From Paragordius varius (taxonomy: Eukaryota; Animalia; Nematomorpha), in NCBI GenBank assembly GCA_964247055.1, contig OZ176054.1, forward strand, positions 9,982,001-10,046,000: DNA of 64,000 nt, written 5' to 3'. The position numbers and the translations under genes were made by a program. The notes below the pieces were generated by a model. It worked only from the letters and a program-made list of their open reading frames with translations. It was not told where the DNA came from and ran no database searches. Shown here one piece after another: positions 25,701 to 38,750 of this stretch. Within the stretch, counting starts at the first letter, position 1, and each line of letters begins with the position of its first letter.

Positions 25701-28700
25701 CTTATGACCAGCGAATTTTTTGCCGTAAATTTTATTTGTTGACATAGTTTTTGAAATAATGAGTAAACATCAAAATTGGGCAAAAAGTGAAAATAAAGGA
25801 TAATTAAGGATAATTCAAAAAATAATGATGAAAGTGGAAATTTGGTTTATTATCATTTTAGGACATAAAATAGCCTCAAATCATATAATTACGGTTTCTT
25901 AAAATCTCAAAAGATGGTCTTTTTCTTTTAACACACTTAAACGACAAAAATGTTTTATGTAACTATATTAAAATAATTTTTTTAAATTATTTCCTAGATA
26001 AACGTACTATTATAATCTTAACATTCATATTTTATTTATAAAAAAATACTTATATACCATTTTTCATGCAAAAACATCATTTTTTCAACCAAATGCAACA
26101 TTTTTTCAACCATAAGCAACATTTTTTCAAGCAAAGACAACATTTTTTCAAGCAAACGCAACATTTTTTCAAGCAAAGACAACATTTTTTCAAGCAAACG
26201 CAACATTTTTTCAAGCAAAGACAACAATTTTTCAAGCAAACGCAACATTTTTTCAAGCAAACGCAACATTTTTTCAACCAAAGACAACATTTTTTCAAGC
26301 AAACGCAACATTTTTTCAACCAAAGACAACATTTTTTCAAGCAAAAACAACAATTTTTTAAAAATTAAAAATCATTTTTTTATTTTAAGACATATTAAAT
26401 TTAATATTAATGCAAATCAATTTTAGCGTAGAATTATGATTTTTATTATTTTATCATCAATATGTGATGGTATGATTGATTTTTATACATAATTTTGCCC
26501 ATAAATTGCATTATTTATATTTTTTTCTATACAACAGTTTCACTTAATCAATAAATACAATTAGCGCGGTCTTTGTAGGTTTAAAGTTCCTTTCATTATT
26601 TGCATTTGCAAACAACCGTTATATTTTTTTATATATAAACTAATATTTTTATTTATTAGTATTTGAATCAAAAATAATATTTTTATAGTAAAAACATCTT
26701 TATTTGTTTCGAACTAATTTTCTTTAAATCAATATTATGAACTTATTAATGTTTTAAACTAAATATTACGATTAATAACCCACAAATCCTAGATTTTTAA
26801 TAATGTTAAATTTTTTATAAAAAATAATATGGATATACGGTTCTTTTGAAAGAAAGGTATTCCTTAAAAGTTTAGGAAATAAAGGAAATAAGTTAATGAT
26901 AGGATAGATTATTATATTGCTTGATTAATAAAAGTCAGAATCAAAAAATATTGAAGGACCAAATTGAAGTCTAGGACCAAATTTAAATTTTCAAGGACAA
27001 TCTTGAAGCGCAAAATGTATAGACTGATAAGGATATACTAAAGTTGTAAAAGAAAAAAATAATATAAATAATACAATTTATGGGCAAAGTTTTGTTTGAA
27101 AATCAATCATACCATCACATATTGATGATAAAATAATAAAAATCATAATTCTACGCTAAAATTAATTAGCATTACCATTAAATTTAATATGTATTAAAAT
27201 AAAAAAATGGTTTTTAATTTTTAAAAAATGTTGTTTTTGCTTGAAAAAATGTTGTCTTTGGTTGAAAAAATGTTGCGTTTGCTTGAAAAAATGTTTTCTT
27301 TGGTTGAAAAATGTTGCGTTTGCTTGAAAAAATGTTTTCTTTGGTTGAAAAAATGTTGCGTTTGGTTGAAAAATTGTTGCGTTTGCTTGAAAAATTGTTG
27401 TCTTTGCTTGAAAAAATGTTGCGTTTGCTTGAAAAAATGTTGTCTTTGCTTAAAAAAATGTTGCGTTTGCTTGAAAAAATGGTGCGTTTGGTTGAAAAAA
27501 TGATGTTTTTGCATGAAAAATGGTATATATCAAAATGCAACTAAAATATATTGTTTTTTATTTTTTCATTTTTTTGTTTCTCGGTTTATTACGGTATAAA
27601 AAATTTACTGTTTTTTCGGAATTTCACATGAGCGGAAATATACAGTATATAAATTAATTCAAAATAAAATTCACAAGTATTGGAAAATCAACCAAAAACC
27701 CATACATATCCCAGTAAAAATTTTAATTTGTGTTAATACAAACTCTTTACTGATTTGTAAGAATTTTTGGTTGGTATTTCGCTAATTTAAATCTTATTTT
27801 GCATAAATTACATAATTAATAATTCCCACTCATGTAAGATTCCAAAATAAAACAGTATAATTTTTTATGACAAAAAAATAAAAAAATAAAAACAATATTT
27901 TTTAGTATTATTTGATATATGTTTTTTTACTGATTAAAATATGAGTGTTAAGATTTTAGTGAGTTTAGCTATTAAAAAATTATTTTAATATAGTATAAAA
28001 AAATTTTGTCGTTTAAGTGTGTTAAAAGGACGCCATCTTTTGAACTAAGATTTTATAGAAACCCTAACTACATGATTTTAGGCTATTTATATATGCTCCT
28101 AAAATAATAATAAACCATAATATCTCAACTTTTGTCATTATTTTTAGAATTATCCTTAATTTTCAATTTTTGCCGAATTTTTTCTTAATATATCAAAAAC
28201 TAGGTCGTCAACAAATTAAAATATTTGCGGCAAATGAATATGGTGGTCATAAGCTATCTCATAAAAATTTTTTTTGTTAAAACAAATTAACCATCTTTTT
28301 TGCACAAAGTGTCGTCACTTATAAGCATGCCATATATTTTAGGCTATCAATATTTGTTTTTAACGTCTTTGTTATTCATATTGCGCACCCGTTTCGAGTT
28401 TTAACTTTAAGAAAAATAAAGGTAACATTTAAAAAGCATCAAAAATACGTCAATCTTTAATTTATTTTGTATAGAAAAAATTGTTGTAAAATAAAAAATT
28501 GTATCCATTTTGAATTTATTTAAATACATTAATTTTTAGAAGTTCAACCGAAGCTTTTTACAAGTTTACAAAATATTAAGCATTAAATATTTACCAAATT
28601 GTAGTCCTTCAATAGCTAAATTGTATCGCAAAATAAGTATATTATATATATGTCGCAGTAAAAATAATCAAAAATATAGTTCCGTGTTCAGTATTTTTGG

Positions 28701-31420
28701 ATCTGATCACCAGCCTCAAAACCGTAAAAAATTTAGAGTTACGTTGCATATAAGTAAATAAACTCAATATACTTATTTTAAGCAGTCTGAGAATCGATTT
28801 AATATAATGGCTAAAATGAAAATTTATAGTTAATAGTAAAATTTAATTTTTGTAGTTCAATAAGCTACCACATTTATTTAAAGCGACATAAAGGCGAAAT
28901 CGAATAAAGTCCGTGTTTCATAAGATTTATAAAATATGTGAAAGGACTAAAAACGCTTATGTATAGTAGCTAATTATATGTTTAAAACATGATCGTTCAG
29001 TACCTGAAAAGGAAAATAAAGTATAGGTTTAAGAAATTACTAGTTTATTACTACAATATTTATATTTTAATGAATTATTCCACCTAAAGTATTGAACGGG
29101 GTTCACATGTTTAATATAACTTAAAGGAAAAAGTTTTTTGCAGACACTATTACTTTAATAAAAAATATATTTTAAAATCTCATTTTTAATCAAGCTTTAC
29201 TTCTAAGTAATGTACATTGTCTCCTTATAAATATCCAAAGTTTTAGCCAATTTAATTTATAAATATAATTGTTATGATAAAAAATTTCAGCACTGTCTGG
29301 TTGATAACAGCATTATCATCAAATATGAAAATCGAACAATCGCCCTACATTGTGGCACATTTATTCATTATAGGCTGGCTTATGGTACTGATCATATTGC
29401 GCTTTCCTGATGAATAAAAAAACCAAAGAACGAAAAACATTAGTTGTTTTGAAATACATTCGAAGATATTACAAAAAACTGTATTTGGATAGTATTAAAA
29501 AACACCATTTTTTATTGGAAATAATTTTAAAACGGTGATCACAAATAATTATCTTATTTTATTCTATAGAAAATTTAATTGCCTATCCTATAATAAATAT
29601 TAAAATTTGGCACAAATAGCCTTAATTACTACAAAATCATTGAAAAGAATTATATCCCACACTTATGTATTTCGGTAAGTTACAAATCGTTAATAATTAG
29701 AATTATCGCTTTTTTATATGTATTAATATATGTTTAAATCAATGGTTTCAAAAAAATTGTCATATTATTGAGGAAAATGGATATCGTATAACCAGTCGAA
29801 AAAAGGAAATCAATGAATAGTTGCTGATTAGCCCATAAGTTATTTAAAAAATATTAATTATACCTGCATTAAAATCCTCCGACGTAATACCTATGAAGCA
29901 AAAAATAAAATAAATATATATAATAATAGTAAGAGATTTGATGTTTATATATAAGGAAAAAACTTTTTTTCATCCTATTTAATATAATTAAGTGTGGGAC
30001 CAATTTACATTATAAAACATGATTTCTAATCTTTAAAATTTAAGTTTTTTATTAATAATTATTAATTATAATTAATATATACTTGATACGTCATCCAGCC
30101 ATGCTTCAATTTCCGCTATACATTATTTTTATTCTAATACCATTCAAATTCTGTGCATTCAAAATCTCTAAATAAATTACCAAAATAACTGTAATTATTC
30201 CAAAATAATATGCTAACATTAAAATTAAATGACACTAAAAAATAGGAGAAGAGTCATAAGCAAAAACTAAAATTAGGAGCTGAATTAATGATAGTGTGGT
30301 AGGGTGAGAAGTTATATTGTACCGCCAAAATTCGGATTCTGAAACTATGCAATATGCATCTATCATTTCTGGACAAGCCAGTGTTAAAGCTTTCGCTTTT
30401 ATTTTAACATAAAAAACCCTGACATAATAAGGAAATAAACACTAAACTGGATAGTTACTTACATAATAAGAATCTTATATCGCCTGTATTTACTCTAAAA
30501 AATACCTCCGTTTTCATTGACTTGATCTAAAATATTGAAAATAAATGTTATAATAACTTAAAACAATTAAATTAATTGATTACACTGAAAAAAATATAAT
30601 TATTTAGCTAATGTCAAAGTACTATTAAAGCGGTTTGTCGCTTATTCCTTTAATGAATTTTAAATGACTTATTTCCAATTTTATTCTTGACATCTCAGTT
30701 TTATCTCCTTAATTATAAAAATAAAGTAAAAAAGTAAAAAATGTACTCCATTCAGCAGGAGGACTTTCAAGAGCCTCATCTAATTCAAGTATAGGAGATA
30801 AAGGACGGCGCACCCGATTCCTAAATTCCTCTAATATTTCTTCTACATTATCCACCATCACATCTGCATTCTCAACATTTTCTATAACTGTGAATTAAAA
30901 CTTTATTGAATTATTATAAAGCAAATAATAATATAAAAATAAGAATAAAAGGCAAATCAACAATTAATTATATCTGGCTTCAAATAAATATCAAGAAATC
31001 AAAAACTTTTGCTTTACATCAATTTATAACTAATTAATGTGATTTTTGTCTCTCAGTATATAGCATGTCGATTTGGGGTGAAAATGTAGTTTCGCTAATT
31101 TTAATATTTTTGGCACATTAGCTTGGTCGAAATGAGTTGCAAAAACAGTAATATATTTGACCCTAAATTTGGCGTATATAAAACAATTTCTCACCGCATA
31201 AAACAAACCGATAATTTTCACATAATTGATGACTAACAATGTGCCTATCAAACGTGGATCAGATTAAACCAGAGCTGTGAAACTACCTCAGTGATGTGCA
31301 ATTTAAGGCAAAAATAACGCTTAAAACATACCAATAAATTATTAAGTATGAATATATTTAAATAATTACTTAACATATCACCGTTATCCGCCTGATCTAT
31401 GTCGTCGTTGAGAAATTCTT
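21369..31420 (-). CDS. Acidic micro-exon gene block, copy A2 (open frame; 5' exon not found)
   Basis: Phase-1/phase-1 exons 31370-31420, 30747-30887, 30506-30526, 30141-30167, 30083-30115, 29864-29890, 28595-28615, 22079-22165, 21979-22053, 21713-21760, 21577-21630, 21462-21515, plus a possible terminal exon 21369-21406. They splice into one stop-free acidic, low-complexity frame (EFLNDDID...PPAEW...EIEAWLDDVS...MADVLSDSEESE...KPPRPSRNDGR...). Confidence 0.8.
23082..24944. mobile_element. 1.86-kb palindromic foldback element, Tc1/mariner-type termini
   Basis: CAGTCATGTAGAC...GTCTACATGACTG flanked by TA. About 600 bp of near-identical inverted arms, then degenerate internal subrepeats (aaaaaccgcaatttttacctg) symmetric about a centre near 23920. 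Confidence 0.92.
25651..28311. mobile_element. Foldback element of the 17033-18301 family carrying a nested insertion
   Basis: CACTGTGTGCAAAAA ... TTTTTTGCACAAAGTG termini. Arms match the 17-18 kb copy once 26057-27523 is removed. Confidence 0.85.
26057..27523. mobile_element. Nested TA-flanked element with CCATTT termini; long TIRs contain 21-bp minisatellite arrays
   Basis: TA|CCATTTTTCATGCAAAAACATC ... GATGTTTTTGCATGAAAAATGG|TA. Arrays of CAACATTTTTTCAAGCAAA(GA/CG) at about 26070-26360 and inverted at about 27220-27515. Confidence 0.85.
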
Positions 31421-32777
31421 CTACATTAGATGTCACAGTATTAAGATAAATATGGATATTAAATGAATTTCTATATTATGTTGATGATACAGTGTTCTGA
31501 AATTAGAAAAATGCCTTTCGGGTAAACTCATTTTGTCAATAATCTGTATATCATATGTTTATTTTGTGAAAATGAAATTTTTAGATTAAACTTAGTTTCT
31601 TTTTTTGTCAAATTAGTATCTCTTTAGCTATAATATAAAACTAATATATAAAAAACAAAAGAACAGGAGCTTAGTATCCAATATAGTAATTGGAGATTGT
31701 ACATTCATCAAATTTTTAAAACATTAGCTTTGTTTATAATTTAGACGTAGGAGGTGGTAACCTTGAAAAACTTTTATATCACTTAGAAAAGAGATATTTT
31801 GTTTTAAAATATTCACTGCTATTTATTAATTAGCAAAATGTATACAATTAAATTTTAATATTATATAACTTAATGATATTTTGTAATTTAAATAATTTTT
31901 CATTTTCAAATTAATTATTCGTAATAGAGTATATAGTTTATATTTGCTATTTTAGTTACTCTAATATCATTTATCGACAAATACTATATAAAATTATGTA
32001 ATTTTATAACTGGTAACCCTTCTGCAATATTGTGTCGATTTACACCATTGTTTCTCCACAATACCACCTGCCTTTAAGGATACATATCAACCAAAATTTA
32101 GCGGTAATTTTATTAATTGCTAAAAATAACTACTAACAAGATTTGCCGACAAGTAAAATAAAAAAATGCAATCATACTAAAATCATTATACCTTTAGCTT
32201 AAAATTATTTATAGTTTATGAAATAACATTTGTGTTAAATAGGATCACACGATTTTATGTAAAAATATAACCATTAGTTTATATAGCTAAAAATCGCATA
32301 TATGGGTTTTACTAAATGCAGCATGATCCTTTTTTATATTTTAATTACAATAATTTACAAACGATACTTATGATATACATGTAAATAAAATTATAGTTAA
32401 AACACTTACTGAATTCTAGAAGAACAAAATTAAGCATAATCAATAAATTTATACCATTTTTCGAAGGTCCTTTGAATAAGCCTTTTAAATATAACATAAT
32501 TATATACCAAAAAACATTTTTGTAATCGATAAAAAATTATATCTCGACTCAGAATAATTAATTTAGGTTTTAATCTTAGGAATATCTGAGAAGATAATTT
32601 AGTCTAATCCCACTTTTTTTTGAAATAAACTAACTTGCACTCGCTATTTTTTAGACTCTATATTAATGATTAAAAAGTCTTCTTCAAAAAATTATATTGA
32701 AATAAAAAGGCATTGTATGGATCTTTTGTAAGCCTTATATTAACAATAAAATTCAGTCGACTATTTTTATTCGATTA

Positions 32778-35260
32778 CTAGCGTAAACGTGCTGCTACGC
32801 AGCACGAGGAAATCCTTCGGACTTATGGGGGGGCTATTTGAAATAAGGGACAATAAAATGATCCACATATGTGGATTATTTCGAAACATTATTTAATTAT
32901 GATATTATAGGAATTTTAAAACGGTGCATTCATACTAATATATTGACTTGGGGGAAAAATAGATTTAAAAAATTATTTTTGTGGATTTTGTTTTTTAGAG
33001 GGCCTAAATAAAAAAGGTGAGTCGACTATGTTCGGCGCGATCAAAAATAAGTAAACAAAAATCATATTTAAAATTGAATGATCCAACACGTTCTCCGGAA
33101 AATTGTCTCAACCTGTTTTTTACACGGGGTAGGCCCGAACGGGGGGCCTAATTCAAAAAAAGGGCGAAGCTATTGTCGGGACATTTATTAATGATTATAT
33201 TTTTTCGATATTTGGATTTGATTGGGTTCACCGGTTTTCCGGAAACAGATCACAAAGTTACATGAGGAATGAGTTGTTAGCGGGTAGCTCCTTACCCAGC
33301 AGCTATCATCAAAGAAACGCCTGAATAAAATTGCCTTTTAACAGGGAATACGTGGAATCATATTGAATTTTTACAGTCTCATACCTTAGGCAAAAAAATA
33401 CAATCAAAAAAATTTTTTTGTGGACTATTTTGAAAAAAAATGGCATTTTACGGGGGTAGCGGGTAAAAAGAGGGCCTAAATAAAAAAAGTGAGTCGACTA
33501 TGTTCGGCGCGATCAAAAATAGGTAAACAAAAATCATATTTAAAATTGAATGATCCAACACGTTCTCCGGAAAATTGTCTCAACCTGTTTTTTACACGGG
33601 GTAGGCCCGAACTGGGGGCCTATATCAAAAAAAGGGAGAAGCTATTGTCGGGACATTTATTAATGATTATATTTTTTCGATATTTGGATTTGATTGGGTT
33701 CACCGGTTTTTCGGAAACAGATCACAAAGTTACATGAGGAATCAGTTGTTAGCGGGTAGCTCCTTACCCAGCAGCTATCATCAAAGAAACGCCTGACTAA
33801 AATTGCCTTTTAACAGGGAATACGTGGAATCATATTGAATTTTTACAGTCTCATACCTTAGGCAAAAAAATACAATCAAAAAAATTTTTTTGTAAAATGG
33901 CATTTTACGGGAGTAGCGGGTAAAAGAGGGCCTAAATAAAAAAAGTGAGTCGACTATGTTCATCGCGATCAAAAATAAGTAAACAAAAATCATATTTGAA
34001 ATTGAATGGTAAAACACGTTTTCCGGAAAATTGTCTCAAAGACACGATTTTTGTGGACTTGTGTTTTCAAAAAAAAACCGTTTTTCACACGGGGTGGGCC
34101 CGAACTGGGGACCTAATTCAAAAAAAGGGCGATGCTATTGTCGGGACATTCATTAATGATTATATTTTTTCGATGTTTGGATTTGTGTGGGTCTACCGTT
34201 TTTCCGGTACCAGATCACAAAGCCAGCATTTTCCATTTTTATAAATATATAGATTACCATAAATAATGTTTTATTATCCATATATCTTTTAACATTCTAT
34301 TATGATAGATATTCCTTACTCAGCAGCTATCATCAAAGAAACGCCTGACTAAAATTTTTGCCTTTTAACACTGAATACGAAAAATCCTTACAGTCTCATA
34401 TGTTGGGCAAAAAAATACAATCAAAAAATTATTTTTGTGGGCTTTGTTTTATTTTGAAAAAAATGGCATTTTACGGGGGTAGCGGGTAAAAAGAGGGCTT
34501 AAATAAAAAAAGTAAGTCGACTATGTTCCGCGCGATCAAAAATAAGTAAACAAAAATCATATTTAAAATTGAATGATCCAACACGTTCTCCGGAAAATTG
34601 TCTCAACCTGTTTTTTACACGGGGTAAGCCCGAACTGGGGGCCTAATTCAAAAAAAAGGGCAAAGCTATTGTCGGGACATTTATTAATGATTATATTTTT
34701 TCGATGTTTGGATTAGAATGGGTCTACCGGTTTTCCGGAAACAGATCACAAAGCCACATGACGAATCAGCTTTTAGCGGGTAGCTCCTCACCCAGCAGCT
34801 ATCATCAAAGAAACGCTAGACTAAAATTTTTACCTTTTATGGAATACGTGGAATCCTTATTGAATTTTAATCAAAAAAATATTTTTGTGGACTTTGTTTT
34901 TTGAAAAAATGGCATTTTACGGGGGGAGCGGGTAAAAAGAGGGCCTTAATTAAAAAAGCGAGACGACTATGTTCGGCGCAATCGAAAATAAGTAAACAAA
35001 AATCATATTTGTTGAATGGTCCAACACGTTGTCCAGAAAATTGTCTCAAAGACACGATTTTTGTGGACTTCTGTTTTCAAAAAAACCGTTTTTCACACGG
35101 GGTGGCCCGAACTGGGGGCCTATTTCAAAAAAAGGGCGAAGCTATTGTCGGGACATTCATTAATGATTATATTTTTTCGATGTTTGGATTTGAATGGGTC
35201 TACCGGTTTTCCGGTACCAGATCACAAAGCCAGCATTTTTCATTTTTATAAATATATAGA
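32778..35260 (-). mobile_element. Non-autonomous Helitron with about five internal tandem units of 450-570 bp
   Basis: 5' TC end at 35260 (a second copy at 34253). 3' perfect hairpin CGTGCTGC-GTA-GCAGCACG followed by TTTACG CTAG at 32778-32781. A|T insertion site. Units begin gagggcctaa.. near 32998, 33471, 33926, 34494 and 34940. Confidence 0.88.
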
Positions 35261-35964
35261 TTATATCACTCTAATGCAGATCGTGATTTCTGATTTAGGG
35301 TAAAATATGACCTTATGCATAAAATTAGAATTTATTTTTTCGTTCTTATATATGATTCAACAATTTTTTAATCATAATACCAAGAGGTAAATTAATATTT
35401 GTTCGCATATTTATATAAACAAACGATCGCTTTTTTATTAGTAATGATATTTTATGTTTTCAAGACTTTGAAACTCATGTACACTCCTCTACATTAAGGC
35501 AATAGTAAGTAAAAATTTAAAAATCATAAGATAATATATGTTTATTGGCTAAAAAATTAGGCTACACACTGTTATACTATTGATAAAAAATAATATATTG
35601 ATTAATTACCTGTTATATCACCTAATAAATAATAAAATATATTATATAAATTTCGATCAAAGTTTTTATATAATTATTGTAGAAACCTCTTTTAGAGCGA
35701 TGATGTGTGGATTTCATTAGGACCTGATAAAAAGTGTTTGGTTTATTTCTCGTTTTAGTTCCTACCACGTATACTGAATTATTGGGATACAGAGAGATGA
35801 TAGCGATTCCGGCATGAATTTTATTAATTTTTTGGTATCCTATTTTTTTAAATGAAAATTCAATAATTTTTAACTAAAAAATTGACAAGTATTGAGAAGT
35901 AGGGATTAAATATAGACAAAACTAACGAAAAAGTTAGACTAATATTACAATTATTAAGACAATT

Positions 35965-38450
35965 TATTTAAGGGTATGCTTACGAGTTTTTACGTTTTAT
36001 AACTGTAAATTTAAAAATATCATTATATTTTATTAAAAATATTGTTCATCGGCTACACATTTCATCCATTCTGGATTACCATGCCAGAAAAACTGTTGTC
36101 TTTGCGTGAAACCAAATCAAGTATTTTTTTAACGTCTTCGAAATTGAGTAGCTATTTTTCCAGCGTGTCTCCCATTAAAGCCAGGAAGTAAGAGTCAGAT
36201 GGTGCCTGATCAGGTAAGTACGGCAGATGCGGGAAAAATTTCCATTAAAGCGAGTGTCATTTACAGGTTATGATGTGTTAAATAGATCATTGTCATGTAT
36301 TAAAATCAATTTTCCATGTCTTCTGCCCCATTCCGGTAGTTTTTTACGAATCAATGGTTTAATTATATATTCATAAAAGCGTGACGGTCTTGTGATTCCC
36401 AAATTATTTGGTATATAAAATTAATAATTGCGGCTTCTTTCGTGTACCATCGACCAACCATCGAATCGAAAAATATGACCGAGGTAATTTATTCTTTATA
36501 CCAGATCGTAAAGCAATTCAAGTTTGAAGAAGTTGAAAACCATGAAGATGTGGGCCTTTCAGCCCAGAGTTTTCAGGAAGCGCCACATTAAAAATCAGTT
36601 GGAACGGATGAATTTTTATATTATCACTCGAAAATAGCAACGGGCTAAGGTGTTTCTCCGAATTGTCAGGTGCAATAATGGAGCTAAATATTTGCAATGA
36701 TCGGTTAAGACGATAAAGGAGTCATTGAGTTATAATAGTAACTGCGGACCTTTTAATGATCATTATTTTAGATTTAATTGGTTCAACTTCAGTTATCAAA
36801 TCTGTCTTAATAAGAGTCTGTTCAAAAAATATATAATGTGCCTATGTGATTATCAAGAGAATCGTCGGAGTACCGGAGATGGATATCAGAAGAACATTCA
36901 ATACGTGCTTCAAGTTGTGATACTTACAGTATCCTAGAGTCTCTGTGTATAAGTTGAATAGGAGGGATATGGATAATTCTTGTCCGCTTCGAGAATCGGA
37001 AATACTACAGCTGTTTGTATTGAAAACGATTGTAGCAAAATATGTGAGAAGGTATTGCGGAAGATTGCAAATTGTATGAACAATAGGAAGCTGCGTCTAA
37101 AACTATGCTGATATTTAAAAACAGCAGTGGAAATATTTAGCGAATTTACAGTATCTTTTAATAATAATATGAGGATTAACTATGTGATTCGTAGACATTT
37201 TGATCTGAAGCCAGCTTGTAAATCAGATAACTTATAATCTATGTTAAAAAGCTTTTGGGTATTATCGTAAAAAGAATTTATAGTTTCATTCATACTATAG
37301 TTCTGACGAAGATGGGGATTTTTAAAGAACGGCATGAGAAATGATTTGATTCAGTCGTCAGCTCAAGTGTAGGATTCAGAGACATGTTCAAAGTTATATT
37401 AAATAATTGAGGGGGATTGTGTGTGGAATTGCGATTGGATGTCATTGTATCCTAAGAGAATAGAGGATTAAAAGTTTTGCAAAAATAAGGAGATCAAGTT
37501 CAGAATATTCATTTGGTTTTTGGCATAAATAGTGATATGAAGGAAATATTATTTTATTAATAGAGGAATTAAAGGAACATACGCATAAATAAAATTAGGT
37601 TTCAATAGAGTTTTAATGATTCTGCACTTATTTGATTGATCAGAAAATGAAGCAAAGAATTTGTGAACTATGCCTGCACAGAATCTGCAAAGTCTAACTC
37701 CAGAATAAACATTATGCTTCAAGTCTGTTTTTTAAACCAATTGGAATAGCGTGATTTTTTATCACTATTCGGAGAAGTAGGCATCAGATTCTATTTTTAA
37801 TATTTGATATTATGAGAGCGTTAATATACGTAAAAAAATATAGTAGGATACGAAAGAAAAATGGATTATGAGTACTAAATTGAGACCAACAGAATGAGTT
37901 ACAATTAGTTTAATTTAGGATCAGTACCATCAAGTTAAAGTGGGTACCACCCTTTTCCATCTTGATCATATGCTAACCTATTCATTCTCCAATGCCGCTT
38001 TCCAATAAGTCATAAGCATGGGGAAGCGATGTGGCCTTGGTGTTAATGGCCTGACAAAGTGAAACCACGATTTTTTCCGCTTTGGGTTAAAATATCGCAT
38101 CATTTGTCAGAATTTGTAGCAGTGACGTTTAAGCAAAATTTTACAAGTCACTTTGCGATCTGCCAAGTTTAATAGTCTTTCCCTCTTGTAGACACATATT
38201 GATTGTTTTTTGTAATTAAAATGTTTCTATGAATTTCTGTGGAATTTGAGTGGAGTCATCATCCAATTTATGACTTGTCGTCTTTGTTGTGTGGTCCACT
38301 TCACAGGAAAATTTTCGAGACCATGTTTCATATGTTTTAAATGGTGTATCACCATATGTTTTTGCCAAACAATATAACTTTTAACAACATTTTTTTCTAA
38401 GAATAAAATAAGAAAAGCAATGCATGCCGCATTCTTTTTTAAGGACCAAA
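35965..38450 (-). mobile_element. Degenerate mariner transposase relic, split by a LINE insertion
   Basis: N-terminal MRHALLF (about 38430), YFNPKRKKSW (about 38080), PEWGRRHGKLILIHDN (about 36300), PHLPYLPDQAPSD (YSPDL-like, about 36200), NFEDVKKYL. Many stops. Confidence 0.75.
36700..37900 (-). mobile_element. Highly degenerate LINE reverse-transcriptase relic
   Basis: Remnant motifs LQAGFRS (about 37215), SLLFNLYTETL (about 36950) and RYSDDSL (YADD-like, about 36870). Boundaries approximate. Confidence 0.55.
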
Positions 38451-38750
38451 TTCTATGATTAGTAATATTAAAATAAAATGCTTTGGGAACTCAAATTGGA
38501 TGTACTTGCAGTTTAATGTCAGAAAAACACAATGGGTCTGTATGAAATTGATTGTCTGCGTTACGCCGACCCCTACTTTTAATTAAACTGGAAATTTATG
38601 AACACACTTGGTAAAGATTGATATTTAATTTTTCCTATGTTTCTATAATTTGGAATCGAGACGTAAATTGGTCATACACTGTAATTTTAGTTTTTATTGT
38701 TTTACTTTAAATTTTGTCTATAATATAACTACACTCTAAAAATTATATAC

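Noticed and set aside
26036-27544. Cys-rich, QHFF-repeat and LEKML-repeat ORFs; also considered as a CRISPR-like array
   Set aside because: They are read-throughs of a 21-bp minisatellite open in several frames on both strands, inside transposon TIRs. There are no unique spacers.
33489-35303. Repeated ORFs beginning MSRLCS..
   Set aside because: They fall in Helitron tandem units and have inconsistent frames between copies.
3737-38640. Alternative genetic code or stop read-through to explain in-frame stops
   Set aside because: All three stop types occur, paralogs have sense codons at comparable sites, and both GPCR ORFs are long and clean under the standard code.
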